This document shows, piece after piece, positions 27,354 to 41,022 of a stretch of DNA of 64,000 bases. The DNA is taken from assembly GCA_043228905.1 (NCBI GenBank), contig JBHGNT010000016.1:11284001-11348000 (forward strand), in the 5' to 3' direction. Below the pieces are notes generated by a model. It saw nothing but the letters and a program-made list of their open reading frames with translations, searched no databases and was not told where the DNA came from. The stretch is from Azolla caroliniana (Eukaryota; Plantae; Polypodiophyta). How positions within the stretch are numbered: position 1 is the first letter of the stretch; the number at the start of each line of letters is the position of its first letter. The translations under genes and the position numbers were made by a program.

Positions 27354-30300
27354 TATTGAGGTCGCCATCATCTAATGCGGAACAAGATCGTAACTTTTAT
27401 GGAAGCAAAGACAAACAATACAACTACTACGCCAAAAGAGAAGAGAGAGGGAGGGAGATAGTTAGGCCCAATGTAAAGAGTATATTACAACTTAAAGCAA
27501 CAACCACTAACTAGCTTACAAAGTCAGTTTATATACTGACTGACTTAGGGCAACTGCCCTTCTCACTATTTACATAAAGAGCCTAATCCTAGTGTGTACA
27601 AAAGGAGACAGTGCGAATACGTCCATTAGAAGCCCATATTCAACACTCCCCCGTAATGGACGTATACACCCAAAATCTGTAATCTGAAAGGAATGTACAA
27701 TACGGATTGATACAAGGTTTACGAACAATCGAGAATTCGTTCGAGTCGGTGAACTCTGTAGAGCAGAAGGCCGGATCGGCTGAGTTCGGAGAGACTAAAG
27801 CCGAAGTTCGAACTATCCAGGTCTATTGTCCGAGAAACGTCCGGAGTGTCTGATTTAATCGAACTGATTCTTCATTATGCCCATTTGATGCCGAAGGGAT
27901 CGAAATTGATCTACCGAAAGGCACTTGGTTAATGCGTTCGCGGCATTATCGGTTGTCGATATTTTCTCTAGACCGATTTTCCTTGTGATGACGCAGTCCC
28001 GAACAAAATGATATCGAACATCGATATGCTTGGAGGCGTTGTGATGAACTGGATTTTTCGACAGAGCAACAACACCCTGACTGTCACTGTACACAATTGG
28101 AGTCGAGCCGATTTCGACTTGTTGAAATGTGCACGCCAGCCGACCGAGCAGTAAGGCCTCTCTCACCGCATTAGATGTAGCTACGTATTCGGCCTAGGTC
28201 GTTGATGTGGCGATGCACTCTTGAAGTTTCGATTTCCATGAGATAGCTCCATTACCGAATTTGAAACAATATCCGGTTGTCGATTTACGACTGTCTATGC
28301 AGCCCGCAAAGTCAGAGTCGGTATATCCAACTATGCCTAAGATGTCGTTCGGGCCGAATAGAATGCCAGGGTCTTTTGTGCCCACTAGATATCTAAATAC
28401 ATGCTTGACTACGTTCTAGTGCGATCGGCCGAGATTATGCATAAACCTGTTGACGACTCCAATGGCATGAGCGATGTCAGGCCGTGTTGTGACCATCGCG
28501 TACATTAGCGAGCCAATTGCTGGTGCATGCGGTACCGACTTCATAATTTCCCTCTCCGGACCGGACGTCGGGTAGTCTCATTGAGATAGCCGAGTATGAA
28601 TAGGGAGCGGGGTAGAGGCAGATTACGACGAATGCATATTGAAGTGTTCGAGGACACGTCCAATGTAGTCGGACTAGGACTAAAACAATTGTCGTTGAAT
28701 ACGATTCCGACTTATCTTCATACCAAGAATGTGTCGTGCGGGACCGAGATCCTTCATGGCAAACTTCAACCGTAGTTGCGGAACGAGTTCGGCTAGTTCG
28801 CCAGCATGGCGTCTAGAGATTACCACGTCGTCTACGTAGATGATGAAGAAGATGGGTGATCCATCAGGAGCTGTTTTCATGAAGAGAGAGTGGTCCTCAT
28901 CGCTCTTTGAGAAGCCGATCGATTGATGAAGTCGTCGAACTTCTTGTACCATTGTCGCGGTGCATGTTTTAGGCTGTAAAGACTCTTCATGAGTTGGACG
29001 ACTAGATGTTCTTGGCCGGATGCCACAAAGCCTTTCGGCTGCTCCATATAAATTTCCTCCTCAAGATTACCGTGGAGGAAAGCCGTTTTGACATCTAGCT
29101 GAACTAGCTCCAAAATTTCGGCTGCCTTTACACCGAGCATGAATCGAAGGGTTGTCATCTTCACCACTGGCGAAAAGATTTGGTCAAAATTGACACCGTG
29201 TTCCTATCGAAAACCCTTTGCTACTAATCTGGCTTTGAATTTTGGGTTGGCCGAATCAGACGTCTCCTTAATTCGATAGGCCCACTTGCACGGAAGAGCA
29301 CATCGATTTTTCAATAATTCGGCCAGGTCCCAAGTCTTGTTTGCGTGAATGAAGTTCATTTCGAACTCCATTGCCAGATGCCAAGTGGTCGAATCGGCTG
29401 ACACCGATGCTTCTTCGTATGACATATGGTTCTCCGGCATGCCAGGAGAGTATCTCTCCAGGGGTTGAGATAGTCTCTCGGATCTTCGAGGTATGACTGG
29501 ACTAGTCGCATCGGGTGTCGTGGTCAGATGGTCTAAAGCTGAATCGTTCAGCTGTGCCAAGTCGAAATTGTCCGAGTTGGTGTTGGAAGGTTCAGCTACC
29601 CGTGAAGTTGACGGTGTGTTGTGTGCTAGGCATTCGGGAAGGGTTGGCACATCGGAAAAGGTTACCCTTCGAACTTTGATTGGCTTTTCGACTGATTGAT
29701 GCATGACCGACTTATTGAGCACGACATCCAAATGTCGGACAATTTGTCTGTGTTCGGGGTCCTAGAGTTGGTATCCCATTTCGCCATCTAGTCCATAAGT
29801 GAGGAAAATACATTTCTTTGACCGTGGTGCAAGTTTGTGACGATCATCTTTCAGGATGAGGGCATACACCTCACATCCGAAAATTCTGAGCTTGTCGTAA
29901 TACGGCTTACTTCCGGTCCATAATTCCTGAGGTATCCGAAGTCCTAGAGGCATCCTCAACGACATATTGATTATGTGTATTGCCGTAAATAGGGCCTCTG
30001 CCCAGAAGCCATCCAATAGTCCGGAGTGTTGGAGCATGGAAACTATCCGTTCTTGAATTGTCCAATTCATTCACTCGGCAATTCCATTCTGCTCCAAACT
30101 ATGAGGTGCCATAAATTCACATCATATGCCGCGTTGTTGGCAAAATTTGATGAATTCCTCTGATTTGAACTCTCCCCCGTTATCGGACCGAAAGCATTTC
30201 AGTTTTCGGCCGGACTGATTCTCAACCATGGCGAGCCAATCGGAAAAGATCGAGAAAACACTATCTTTGGTTTTGATCAGATAAGCCCACACCTTCCGAG

Positions 30301-32631
30301 TTGAGTCGTCAATGAACCTGACGAAATACAGAGTGCCGCCGAGGGATTGATGTGGCATAGGACCACATACGTTCGAGTGGACCAAATCGAGCGGACTCGA
30401 TTCTCTCGGGGTTGATGAAGGGTGTGTTACGGCCATTTACTTGCCGTATTGGCAATGCTAGTAGAACTGATGATCTGAGAAGGAGAGTTTGGGGATGTAT
30501 CCGGCTCTAGATAAGTGCGTGATGCTAGCCTTGCTAAGGTGTCCGAATCGTCCGTGCTAGAGTGATGACACGGGAATGTCAACCAAAAACAGGTCACCCT
30601 CTCTAAGTGTGACATGCAAAGGATACAATGAGTGTATCTTTGGTCCTCGAGCAAGCAAGAGGTTCCCTCTGTGGAGCGTCCACCCTCCTGATGAGAAGCC
30701 AACATGGATGCCGTCTTCATCCAATTGTCCGACTGAGATCAATGGTCGTGAGAGCTCAGGTACGTGTCGGACATTGCATAGTACTAATGTAGAGCCACCT
30801 GCAAGGTTGAGCTCTACCGTGTCGATTCCAATTATGTCGCAATGTTGCGAATTTCCTACCCGAACTGAGTCAGAATGTCGGGCTGTGTACTGCCGAAATT
30901 GGGATCGATGAGGAGTCACATGAAAAGACACACCCGAATCTAAGAGCCACGTGCTCGATTCTTCCGTCGTAAGCTGAACTTCTGATTTGATTGGGTTCTC
31001 AATTGATAGTATATTTGGGTCGTGTATCAATACTTCGGCCGAAGAGCCGATGTAGTTGATCTCCTCGTGTCGGCCACTCTTCTACTCGGCTCGTTGAGCC
31101 TTATCGTTTTGGCCTTGAATGCACGACAATCGGCTTTGATGTGTCTAGGTTTCTTGTAGTAGTTGCATACTCGATTATCCCGTGACTTGTTCTGACTTCG
31201 CTGATTGTTCTGTTGCCATGAAGAATCTCCTCTTCCACAGTTGTTCGATGGGTCGGTGGAACCTTGTACTACGTAAGTGTTGTTGGCTGAATCGTTAGCA
31301 AACGATTTTCTCCAAACTGCTTCAGTCAAAATTGTGCTTGTGACTGAAGAGTACTTGACGGCAATTGTCGATGCATTGCACATGGTTGTGACGAAAGTTT
31401 CCCACGAAGGAGGAAAACTACTCATAAGGAACATTGCATTTAGTTCATCCTCGATAATCGTCCCCTGGACTAAAATTTGGGAGCTTATGCTTTCGTACTC
31501 ATCGCTCTTTGAGAAGCCGATCGATTGGATGGACTCTTTCATCCGAAGGTTATAAAGGCACCGAATCAGGTATATCTTGGTGGCGGTGACCTTCTTTTAG
31601 TAAGTGTTTGAAAGCGTCTTCCATAATTGGAAGGCAGTCGAACATGATTGCACCGTGAAGTACATGGACTTCGATAGGTGCATTCGAATGGTGGCTCAGA
31701 TGATTCTATTGAGCTTTTCCCATTCAAGCGACTTGTATCCTTCTAGAGGGTCTTCATTCTCAATGGGGTCAATTTGCCCCTTGACTATTAAATAGTCTTG
31801 CATCTGCTCCTTCTAGAAGTTGAAGTTCGATCCGTCGAACTTCCTTAGACTCATCTCTAAAGAGCTGGATGTTGAAGTCATATGTGTTGGTATAATAGAC
31901 TTTGTCTGAAGTTAGTTACGAACTGTGATGGAGTGCAGCAGGTTGGTTCCCTCAATGTCGTTCTAGCCGAAGTTGGACACAAGTCGTGTTGATTATGAAT
32001 ATCGATGAATCCTGTTCGGAGTGACTACTATCAACTGACTTAGTCGAGTTGAACCTGGATTTGATTGTTCGATTTCGAATGTCGATTTCCCGAGATTTAC
32101 CACCATGATTTATGTGCGATTTTCCAGTCCGATCCTGTTTTGGGTAATTGCAACGAAGAGAGGGGCAGAGCCTACTGGTCCTCCCGAATGTTGTTTAACC
32201 AAATGAAACACAAATTGGGGTTTCCCTTGGAGTCGTGTTTGCATGGAAAGTGAGAAGATAGTGTCAGATGACCTATTCAATTTCTACCTAACCGAGTGAA
32301 GCACAGATTCGGTCAAGATAAGGGTCTCACTCCGAGCGATGACAATCACAGAGTTGAAGTACAGTCGACTGACTTACATCAAGGGTGATTTTGAATAGTG
32401 AAGTGCAGACCTTCAGTTGTCTCTCTTCGTCAAATGTAATTTCAAGAGGAGTTGCCAATCGAGATCTTCAAGGTGTGCAAGAGCAAAGTTGCCGATGGAG
32501 GCTAGATAGATGGTGGCAGCAAAATCAAACAATACAAAGCTATGATACCAGATGTTGAGATCGCCATCATCTAATGTGGAACAAGATCGTAACTTTTATG
32601 GCAACAAAGACAAACAATACAACTAGTACGC

Positions 32632-32670
<39 letters not shown>

Positions 32671-32811
32671 AGGCCCAATGTAAAGAGTATATTGCAACTT
32701 AAAGCAACAACCACTAACTAGTATACAAAGTCAGTTTACATAAATAGCCTAAGCCTAGTGTGTACAAAAGGAGACGGTGTGAATACATCCATTATAATCC
32801 TGTATTCAACA
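27354..32811 (-). mobile_element. Full-length degenerate Ty1/copia element
   Basis: LTRs 27354-27645 and 32553-32811. TSD ATCGG/ATCAG. PBS-iMet-like 32539-32550. PPT from 27646. gag, PR (WLLDSG), INT, RT (YVDD) and RH fragments. Confidence 0.92.
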
Positions 32812-34292
32812 ATCAGTTCCTCTCATAGGAGGGACATATTCCTAACAAACTCCCCCTTCACTCCTATGGGTGGAGTCAGTTAATCCTATCCTCTGTTGAT
32901 AGACTCTGAGTTTGTCCATTGGTAAGTTCTTTGTCAACATGTTGGATCCATTGTCGTCCTCCTTCTGTGCTTGATAGAACTTCCACTTGCCGTTTCGGAA
33001 GCTACCACTATAGCCTTCTTCATCCAACCTTCCAGTTGATATCAGACTCAATCTGCTATCGAGGACATGTCGAACTTCTCTCAACATCAGTCGACAACCA
33101 TTCGACTTCATCAGGCACACACTTCATATGCCAATTATCTTGCACTTCCCGTTATCTCCCATCTTTAAATAGCCATGATCACCAGCTATGTAAGTCGAGA
33201 AGCACTCTCTTGATAGGGTGATATGGAAGGATGCACCAGAGTCGATCACCCATGCACACTCTTTACTTGCAAGGTTTGTGCTTCCTAGCTCACAATTGAA
33301 CAACATGTCCTTTGTACTTCTAGCAACGACCGATGTGCCCTTTTCTTCAGGAATCTTCCTGGGTTCGAGATTATTGCCGACATTCTTGTCCTTCTTGCAG
33401 TGTTGACAATCCTTTTGAAAGTGTCCAAGCTTTCCACAATAGAAGCATGTTAACTTTCCTCTAGACTTGGATATGGCATGGGACTTTTCTCTCCTTGGTG
33501 GACTCCTTTGTCGATTCCTTCCTCTGCCTTGGTGGACTCCGACTGGGACAGGACACTCTTATCCTTCCTTCTGGTCGCCTCGTTCAAGATGTTTGTCTTT
33601 ACTTCTTGTAGAGACATGTTCTCTTCTTGACACGAGGTGCTCAGAGTCACCACCAAATTCTCCCAGATGTCCGATAGGGTACATAGTAACAGGATGACTT
33701 GCATTGTATCCTTAAGGGGAAACTTGGTTGTAGCAGGTTGGTTCACATACCTCATGAATGTGCTCACATGCTCTACTATGCTTTCTCCGTCCCTGTACTT
33801 CAGCCTCACTATCTTCCTCATGAGAGATGTTTTGTTGAGGGCATTCTTCCTCTCATATAGATCTGACATCTTCTGCCACATCTCATAGGCATTTGTGCCG
33901 TTCGCCACATGTTGAAGGACACTTACATCGATGCAGTGTCTGATGGTGGCCACCACGTTCCTATTTAGGAGTTTCCATTCAGACTCTAATACCCCTGTGG
34001 GTATTTCTGCTCTGTAGATTGGCTCGTACAAGTCGTTGACTATGAGAAGGTCCTCTATCTTTATCTTGTAGTCTGCATAGTTTTGAGAGTTTAGAACTAT
34101 CATGCCTGGGAAACCACTCACACCTCCTTCCGTCTTCAACCTTGCTCTGATACCAATTTGTAGAGATTCGATCCTTATGATTCGTGAGAATAGGACCGAT
34201 TATGAAATAGACAATATCACGGAAAGAAAGAAAACAACAAATGCACAATACACAATGTTTAACATGGAAACCCTAAATGGGGAAAACCACGG

Positions 34293-34860
34293 TGTTATGA
34301 AGATTTTCGGCAATGGTGTAAAAATTGCATGGAACGGAGAAAATCGAGAAGATGCAATGTGCACACGTATGAAAGGGGTGATAGTTACAATCGTATGTTA
34401 GCACGTTAATGTGCACCTGAGATGTGCGTTAGGTGCTCATTACACAAAATAAAAATAAATAAAAAGAAAAGCCTAGGGCCTAATGGTATACAAAGAGGTT
34501 TTGGACCTTACACCCTTAAGATAAGAGACAATTGACATACCATTAGGCTAAATTGTTTCTTTGAAGTTTATTTTCATCGTTGAACTTTTTATATGTAAAT
34601 TCTCATACATGGGAGCTTGGATCAGTGACATGGTCATCATGCATCACATGCATGAACGCCAAAGGGCAAACATGCATCACATGCATCACATGCATGAATG
34701 CCAAATGGCAAACATGCATCACATGCATCACATGCATTGTATGCATATCTTGTACCCTCACATGCATTATATGCATGAGGGCATCTATAAAATAAAGGAA
34801 GAAAAAGAAAGAGGGTGGGGAAGAATCAAGCTATGTATTGAATCAAGATCTTAGTAAGAA
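34293..34860 (+). mobile_element. Truncated Phygy-like LTR related to 8505-9587
   Basis: Starts TGTTATGAAGATTTTCGGCAA. ACATGCATC tandem block and TATA region. Right end not resolved. Confidence 0.7.
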
Positions 34861-35324
34861 AAAAAACGTAGTAGGGTAAAAGCATGCGAGTGGAAACACT
34901 ATTATAGCTAATTAGCTACTAAAATGGCCACATCTAATTAGCTATTTGTTTAGCTAGTTTTTTGTGGGAAAATCATAAGGATGGTTTACGAAATTTTATG
35001 TTTCATTAGTTAAATACATGTCATTTTATTTATGAGAATACTCAAATATTTGAACTTTGGTTTCTGACATAGTGGAACTTGGAGAATAGTGCCATCATCT
35101 AAGGTCGACTTGAATGTCATCCAATTCTTGATAATCCTGAGTTCGAGTTCGAACTCCAAACAGATGGAGTACTCTGTGTCAGGAATAGTACTAAAACAGA
35201 GATGGAATTAGTACTAAAGAAGAGCAATACTATTAGTACTAAGAGGACGGGACTGCGTAAGATTCCCGAGAGAGGAAGTGAGAAGAGGAGAGAGAGAGAT
35301 AGCGAGAATGATGAGAGAGAGAAA

Positions 35325-38300
35325 TGTTGGGATTTTCGGTCCCTCCGGATGGGATGTCCGGAGATGATGACGGCAAGCCCGGTTGCGGTTACGGAACCGG
35401 AGGATGAAGAGTACCCGGCATGAAGCCGGATGAAGGGTACCAGGCTACGGAGCCGGATGATGAATGTCCCGGCTACGGAGCCGGATGATGAATGTACCCG
35501 GAGAGAGATCCGGATGCGGGGACATATTTGTGAATATGTTTGCCAAGAGCCCTTGTGGCTATATTTGTAAATAGCCCGAAAGTCATATGTGTATAAATAT
35601 GACTTAGGGCAAACAATATATGTTGCTACTCATTTTTCTGTTTTACCACTCAAGAGGAGTGAAGAGAGAGCAGCCGTGAGAGAGATAGAGCGTGAGAGAG
35701 GAAGAGGTCGACGCCTCTGTGTAATACCGCCGCCTGTGGCGAGGACAACGAGCTCAAGGTTGTCGCCTTGCAGCTCGCCATTGTATATTTCTCTGTGCAT
35801 AGTTTTGGTTTGGAGTCTTGCACTCCCGTGGTTTTTCCCGAATAGGGTTTTCCACGTTAATCCCTGTGTTATCGTGTCTTTCTCTGTATTTCTCATTTTC
35901 TGCAACAACGATTCGTGTGTTTCCTTGGTTGTGGCCGAGAGGTGAAGGTGAATCGGAGCGTCGATTCGCAACAAAGTGGTATCAGAGCGAGCTGCTGCAG
36001 AAAATGGAAGGCGGCGGCAGCGGGCAGCCGAGGATGATGGTGCTGAATGCGCAGAATTACGCCGACTAGAAGATCAAGATGGAGGATCTTCTGATTGTTC
36101 GGGACCTGTACGAACCGATTGACAGGTCGGAAATACCGAAGGGGGTACTTGAGTCGGAATGGAGGCTTCTGAACCGGAAAGCCGTTGCAACCATTCGGCA
36201 ATACGTCGACGTGAGCGTTCTACAACATGTGGCGAACGACACCAACGCATATGAGATGTGGAGGAAGCTGTCGGGCCTCTACGAGAGGAAGAATGCGTTG
36301 AACCGGACCTCCCTGATGAGGAAGATTGTGAACCTCAAGTACCGAGACGGCGAGAGTATGGTGGAACACGTAAGCACGTTCATGGGATTCGTGAACCAGC
36401 TTGCGGCGATCAAGTTCGCGTTGGAGGATGCAATGCAAGCCATCATCCTGATGTGTACATTGCCGGAAAGCTGGGAGAACTTGGTGGTGACTCTCAGTAC
36501 CTCCTGCACCGAAGATAACTTGTCTCTACAAACGGTAAAGATAAGCATTTTGAACGAAGAAGCGCGTCGGAGAGATAAAGAACCGGTCTCCGACTCGAAG
36601 GCGCTGCTTACCGAATCGGAACGGGGAAGACAATGGAACCGGAGTCCGCAAAGACGGGAGAAGTCGGGGACCCGGTCGCAGTCAAGAGGAAGACCCACAT
36701 GCTTCCACTGTGGGAAGCCGGGGCACTTCCGGAAGAATTGTCGGCATTACCGAAAGGACAACGGAGCCGACGACACCGATTCGAAGAAGTCACCGGAGCG
36801 AAACGGTGTATACCGGGGAGCCACGGACCGGAGAGGTCCGGATCGGCGAGGGCAGGACCGGAAAGGAACGACGGCACTCGCGGCAAGTGAAGAAGAGATA
36901 ATGCTCATTACCGAAGAGAGGGAGCTGAACCTTGCCGGTGAAGAGATGACCTGGGTGGTCGATTCCGGAGCGTCGTTCCACCTGACCCCGGAGAGGAAAT
37001 ACTTCTCATCCTACACAGCCGGTGAGCACGACTGTGTCCGGATGGGAAATGAAGGTACGTGCCGGATTGCCGGCATAGGAGACGTGTGGCTGATGACATC
37101 AACCGGATGCAAGATGCTGCTGAAGGATGTTCGACACGTTCCGGAGGTTTGATTGAACCTGATTTCGGCCGGGAGGCTAGACGATGAAGGCTACACAGGT
37201 AGCATCTGGAACGGCGTAATGAAGTTCAGCAAGGGGAGCCTGATAGTGGCTCGGGCCCGGAAAGTCAACACACTGTACCTTATGAATGCCCGGTTGTGTC
37301 CGGAAGAGTTGAACGTGGCAGCCGACACTGCCGGTGAGCTGTGGCACAAGAGACTGTGCCACATGAGTGAGAAGGGGATAAAGAGGCTTGCAGAAGACAA
37401 CCTCATTCCAGTGAAGCATGTGCACCTAGAGAAGTGCACCGATTGCCTGGCCGGTAAGCAGAACGGAGCCTCCTTCCACTCAAGGCCACCGACGAGACGT
37501 AGTGCACCATTGGAGTTGGTGCACACTGATGTGTGTCAAGTGGAAACGAAGTCACATGGCGGAGCCCAGTACTTCGTGACATTCATTGATGACCACAGCC
37601 GGAAGCTGTGGACGGCACCATTGAAGACAAAGGACCAAGTATTGTCCGTCTTCAAAGAACTCCACGCGAGAGTGGAAAGAGAATCTGGCAAGAAGCTGAA
37701 AGCGATACGAGCGGATAACGGAGGGGAATACCGGGGGCAGTTCGCAGAGTACTGTCGCTCGAAGGGAATCCGGCTCGAGTTTACTGTGCCGAAGACGCCG
37801 GAACTGAACGGGCTGGCTGAGAGGATGAACCGGACCATAATGGAGAGGGTCTGGAGTATGCTGGCGCATGCGAAATTACCCAAGGGGTTTTGGGCTGAGG
37901 CAATGTCGACGGCGACATACGTGATTAACAGATCACCCTCAGTACCTTTGGATGGAGACACGCCGCAGAGAGTGTGGACCGGTAAGGAAGTGTCCTACCG
38001 GCATCTGAAGGTATTCGGGTGTCTCGCATATGTGCATGTGGCAAAGGACCGGAGAGGAAAGCTAGATCCAAAGACCCGGCCATGCATATTCCTCGGTTAC
38101 GGCGACGACGAGTTCGGCTACCGAGTATGGGACCCGGTCGACAAGAAGATATTCAGGAGTCGAGATATCATCTTCATGGAGGACAAGACACTCGCCGACT
38201 GGGAGTCGGAGAAGAAGATGAAGAGCTCCAAGTCGACCGGTGAGGATCAACTCTACGAGGAGCAGTCCCGACCGGCAAGGGACCGGTTAGCACTCGAGGA

Positions 38301-40708
38301 TCCGGCCGAAGACGGTGAAGAAACAGAACCGGCCGAAGAAGATGAAACTGATACCGGAACCGGCCCCGATCCCGAAATGGATTCGGATGAAGAAGAATCG
38401 GCAGAACCGGTTACCGAAGCTCCGGAACGGAGATATCCTCTAAGAGAGAGAAGGGCCCCCCGGAGATTTCCGGAACCAGAGCACGTGTTGCTAACCGATG
38501 AGGGGGAGCCGGAGAGCTTTGAAGAAGCGAAGCATGACACCCATAGCCGCAGGTGGTTAAGTGCCATGCAGGAGGAAATGGATTCCCTGCATGAGAACCA
38601 CACATATGAACTTGTGGAGTTGCCGAAAGGAAAACGGGCACTTCGAAACAAGTGGGTGTTCAAGCTGAAACCGGGAGATGCCGAGAACCCCCCGAGATAC
38701 AAAGCCAGGATCGTGGCGAAGGGGTTTCAGCAGAAGAAGGGCGTCGACTTCGACGAGATATTTTCCCCGGTAGTGAAGATGACCTCCATCCGGACGGTGC
38801 TGAGCATAGCGGCAAGCATGGACCTCGAGGTAGAACAGATGGACGTGAAGACGGCATTCCTTCACGGTAACCTCGAAGAAGAGATCTACATGCAGCAACC
38901 GGAAGGATTCGAGAAGAAAGGGAAGGAGCACCTGGTATGCCGGTTGAAGAAGAGCCTTTACGGTCTGAAGCAGGCTCCCCGGCAATGGTACCGGAAGTTC
39001 GACTCCTTCATGACAGACAAAGGGTACCACAAAACGCAGTCCGATCACTGCGTGTTTGTGAAGAAGTTCGAAGGAGGAGACTTTCTAATACTCCTCCTGT
39101 ACGTGGATGACATGTTGATCGTCGGACGGGACCAGGTCAAGATACAGATGCTGAAGAAGGCTCTTCACCGAACCTTCTCAATGAAAGACCTGGGTCCGGC
39201 GAGGCAAATACTAGGGATGCACATCATCCGGGACCGGAAGAAGAAGCAGTTGTGGCTGTCACAGGAGAAGTACGTGACAAAGGTGCTTCACCGGTTCAAC
39301 ATGTCGGAAGCAAGATCGGTCGGGTCAACACTCCCGGCAAACTGCAAGTTGTCCAGCAAGCAAAGCCCCAAGACAAAGGCTGAGAAGGAGGACATGATGA
39401 AAGTACCATATGCCTCTGCCGTCGGAAGCTTGATGTACGCAATGGTGTGTACAAGACCGGACATAGGATATGCAGTCGGAGTGGTGAGCCGGTACATGAG
39501 CAATCCCGGCAAAGAGCACTGGAACGCGGTCAAGTGGATACTCCGATACTTGAAGGGCACGGCAAACGTATGCCTCCGATTCGGCTCCGGTAAGCCCGAA
39601 CTCGACGGCTTTACAGATTCGGATATGTCGGCTGATGCAGATACCAGCCGGTCCACATCAGGGTATGTGATGACGTATGCAGGGGGAGCTGTGTCGTGGC
39701 AGTCGAGGCTGCAGAAGACGGTTGCACTGTCAACCACGGAGGCAGAGTACATGGCGGCTGTTGAAGCCGGCAAGGAAATAATATGGATGAAGGACTTCAT
39801 TAGAGAGCTCGGTATCCGGCAGGAGGAGTACCGACTCTACTGCGACAGTCAGAGTGCCATCCACCTTGCGAAGAACGCGGCCTATCACTCCCGGACGAAG
39901 CACATCCAGCGAAGATATCACTGGATCCGGGAAAGGATAGAAGACAAGGAGTTCGTGCTGACGAAGATCCACACGGACGAGAACGGGTCGGATATGCTGA
40001 CCAAGGTGCTCACACCCGACAAGCTGGAAGCGTGCCGGAAGAGGGTCGGACTGGAAGGACATCCTATGCCGAAGTGAAGGGGGAGTTTGTTGGGATTTTC
40101 GGTCCCTCCGGATGGGATGTCCGGAGATGATGACAGCAAGCCCGGTTGCGGTTACGGAACCGGAGGATGAAGAGTACCCGGCATGAAGCCAGATGAAGGG
40201 TACCAGGCTACGGAGCCGGATGATGAATGTACCCGGAGAGAGATCCGGATGCGGGGACATATTTGTGAATATGTTTGCCAAGAGCCCTTGTGGCTATATT
40301 TGTAAATAGCCCGAAAGTCATATGTGTATAAATATGACTTAGGGCAAACAATATATGTTGCTACTCATTTTTCTGTTTTTCCACTCAAGAGGAGTGAAGA
40401 GAGAGCAGCCGTGAGAGAGATAGAGCGTGAGAGAGGAAGAGGTCGACGCCTCTGTGTAATACCGCCGCCTGTGGCGAGGACAGCGAGCTCAAGGTTGTCG
40501 CCTTGCAGCTCGCCATTGTATATTTCTCTGTGCATAGTTTTGGTTTGGAGTCTTGCACTCCCGTGGTTTTTCCCGTATAGGGTTTTCCACGTTAATCCCT
40601 GTGTTATCGTGTCTTTCTCTGTATTTCTCATTTTCTGCAACAACGATTCATGTGTTTCCTTGGTTGTGGCCGAGAGGTGAAGGTGAATCGGAGCGTCGAT
40701 TCGCAACA
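35325..40708 (+). mobile_element. Young full-length Ty1/copia element inserted in the chromovirus 3' LTR
   Basis: TSD AGAAA. LTRs 35325-35973 and 40088-40708 differ by about 6 substitutions and one 28-bp repeat unit. PBS TGGTATCAGAGCG 35977-35989. PPT ~40076-40085. Confidence 0.97.
36004..40077 (+). pseudogene. Copia gag-pol polyprotein in a single frame with two nonsense codons
   Basis: One frame throughout. TAG at 36067-36069 and TGA at 37150-37152. CCHC, WVVDSGAS, integrase DDE, YVDD and RH (FTDSD) motifs are intact. Confidence 0.95.
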
Positions 40709-41022
40709 AGAAAGATGATGACAGCAGCTAATATATTATGTGAAAGATAAGTACAAAGCGGCTAAGAGGCTTAAGACTGGCGTTGAACCAATTTGGTTCA
40801 ACATAATGCTTAGTGCCTTCTTTTATAGTGTTGTCAAGAGTAATCCTGAAACTTCTAGAATGTTCTAGAGAAATCTGGAATATACATTACTTTCTTATAG
40901 TAAAACATAAATGAAAATAATATCCTATGAATTACAATAGATGGTGTGATGGTTAAGAGCTCGACCCATATACCATAAGGTCATGGGTTCGAGTCTTGCC
41001 ATATCATGACACTATCTCCCCC

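Larger units (their letters stand above)
25627..34292 (-). mobile_element. Internally deleted copia element (gag and protease joined to the RNase H tail); both LTRs hit by later insertions
   Basis: PBS-iMet 34144-34155. gag 33450-34139 closely resembles gag at 36004. Junction GKWKF|...DNGSNMLTK near 32960-32980. PPT 32848-32860. 3' LTR ~25627-32847 is split twice, and the 5' LTR part is 34159-34292. Confidence 0.8.

Noticed and set aside
34895-34972. CACTA terminus (CACTA plus TAGCTA repeats, similar to ~12900-12965)
   Set aside because: No matching TIR or 3-bp TSD found.
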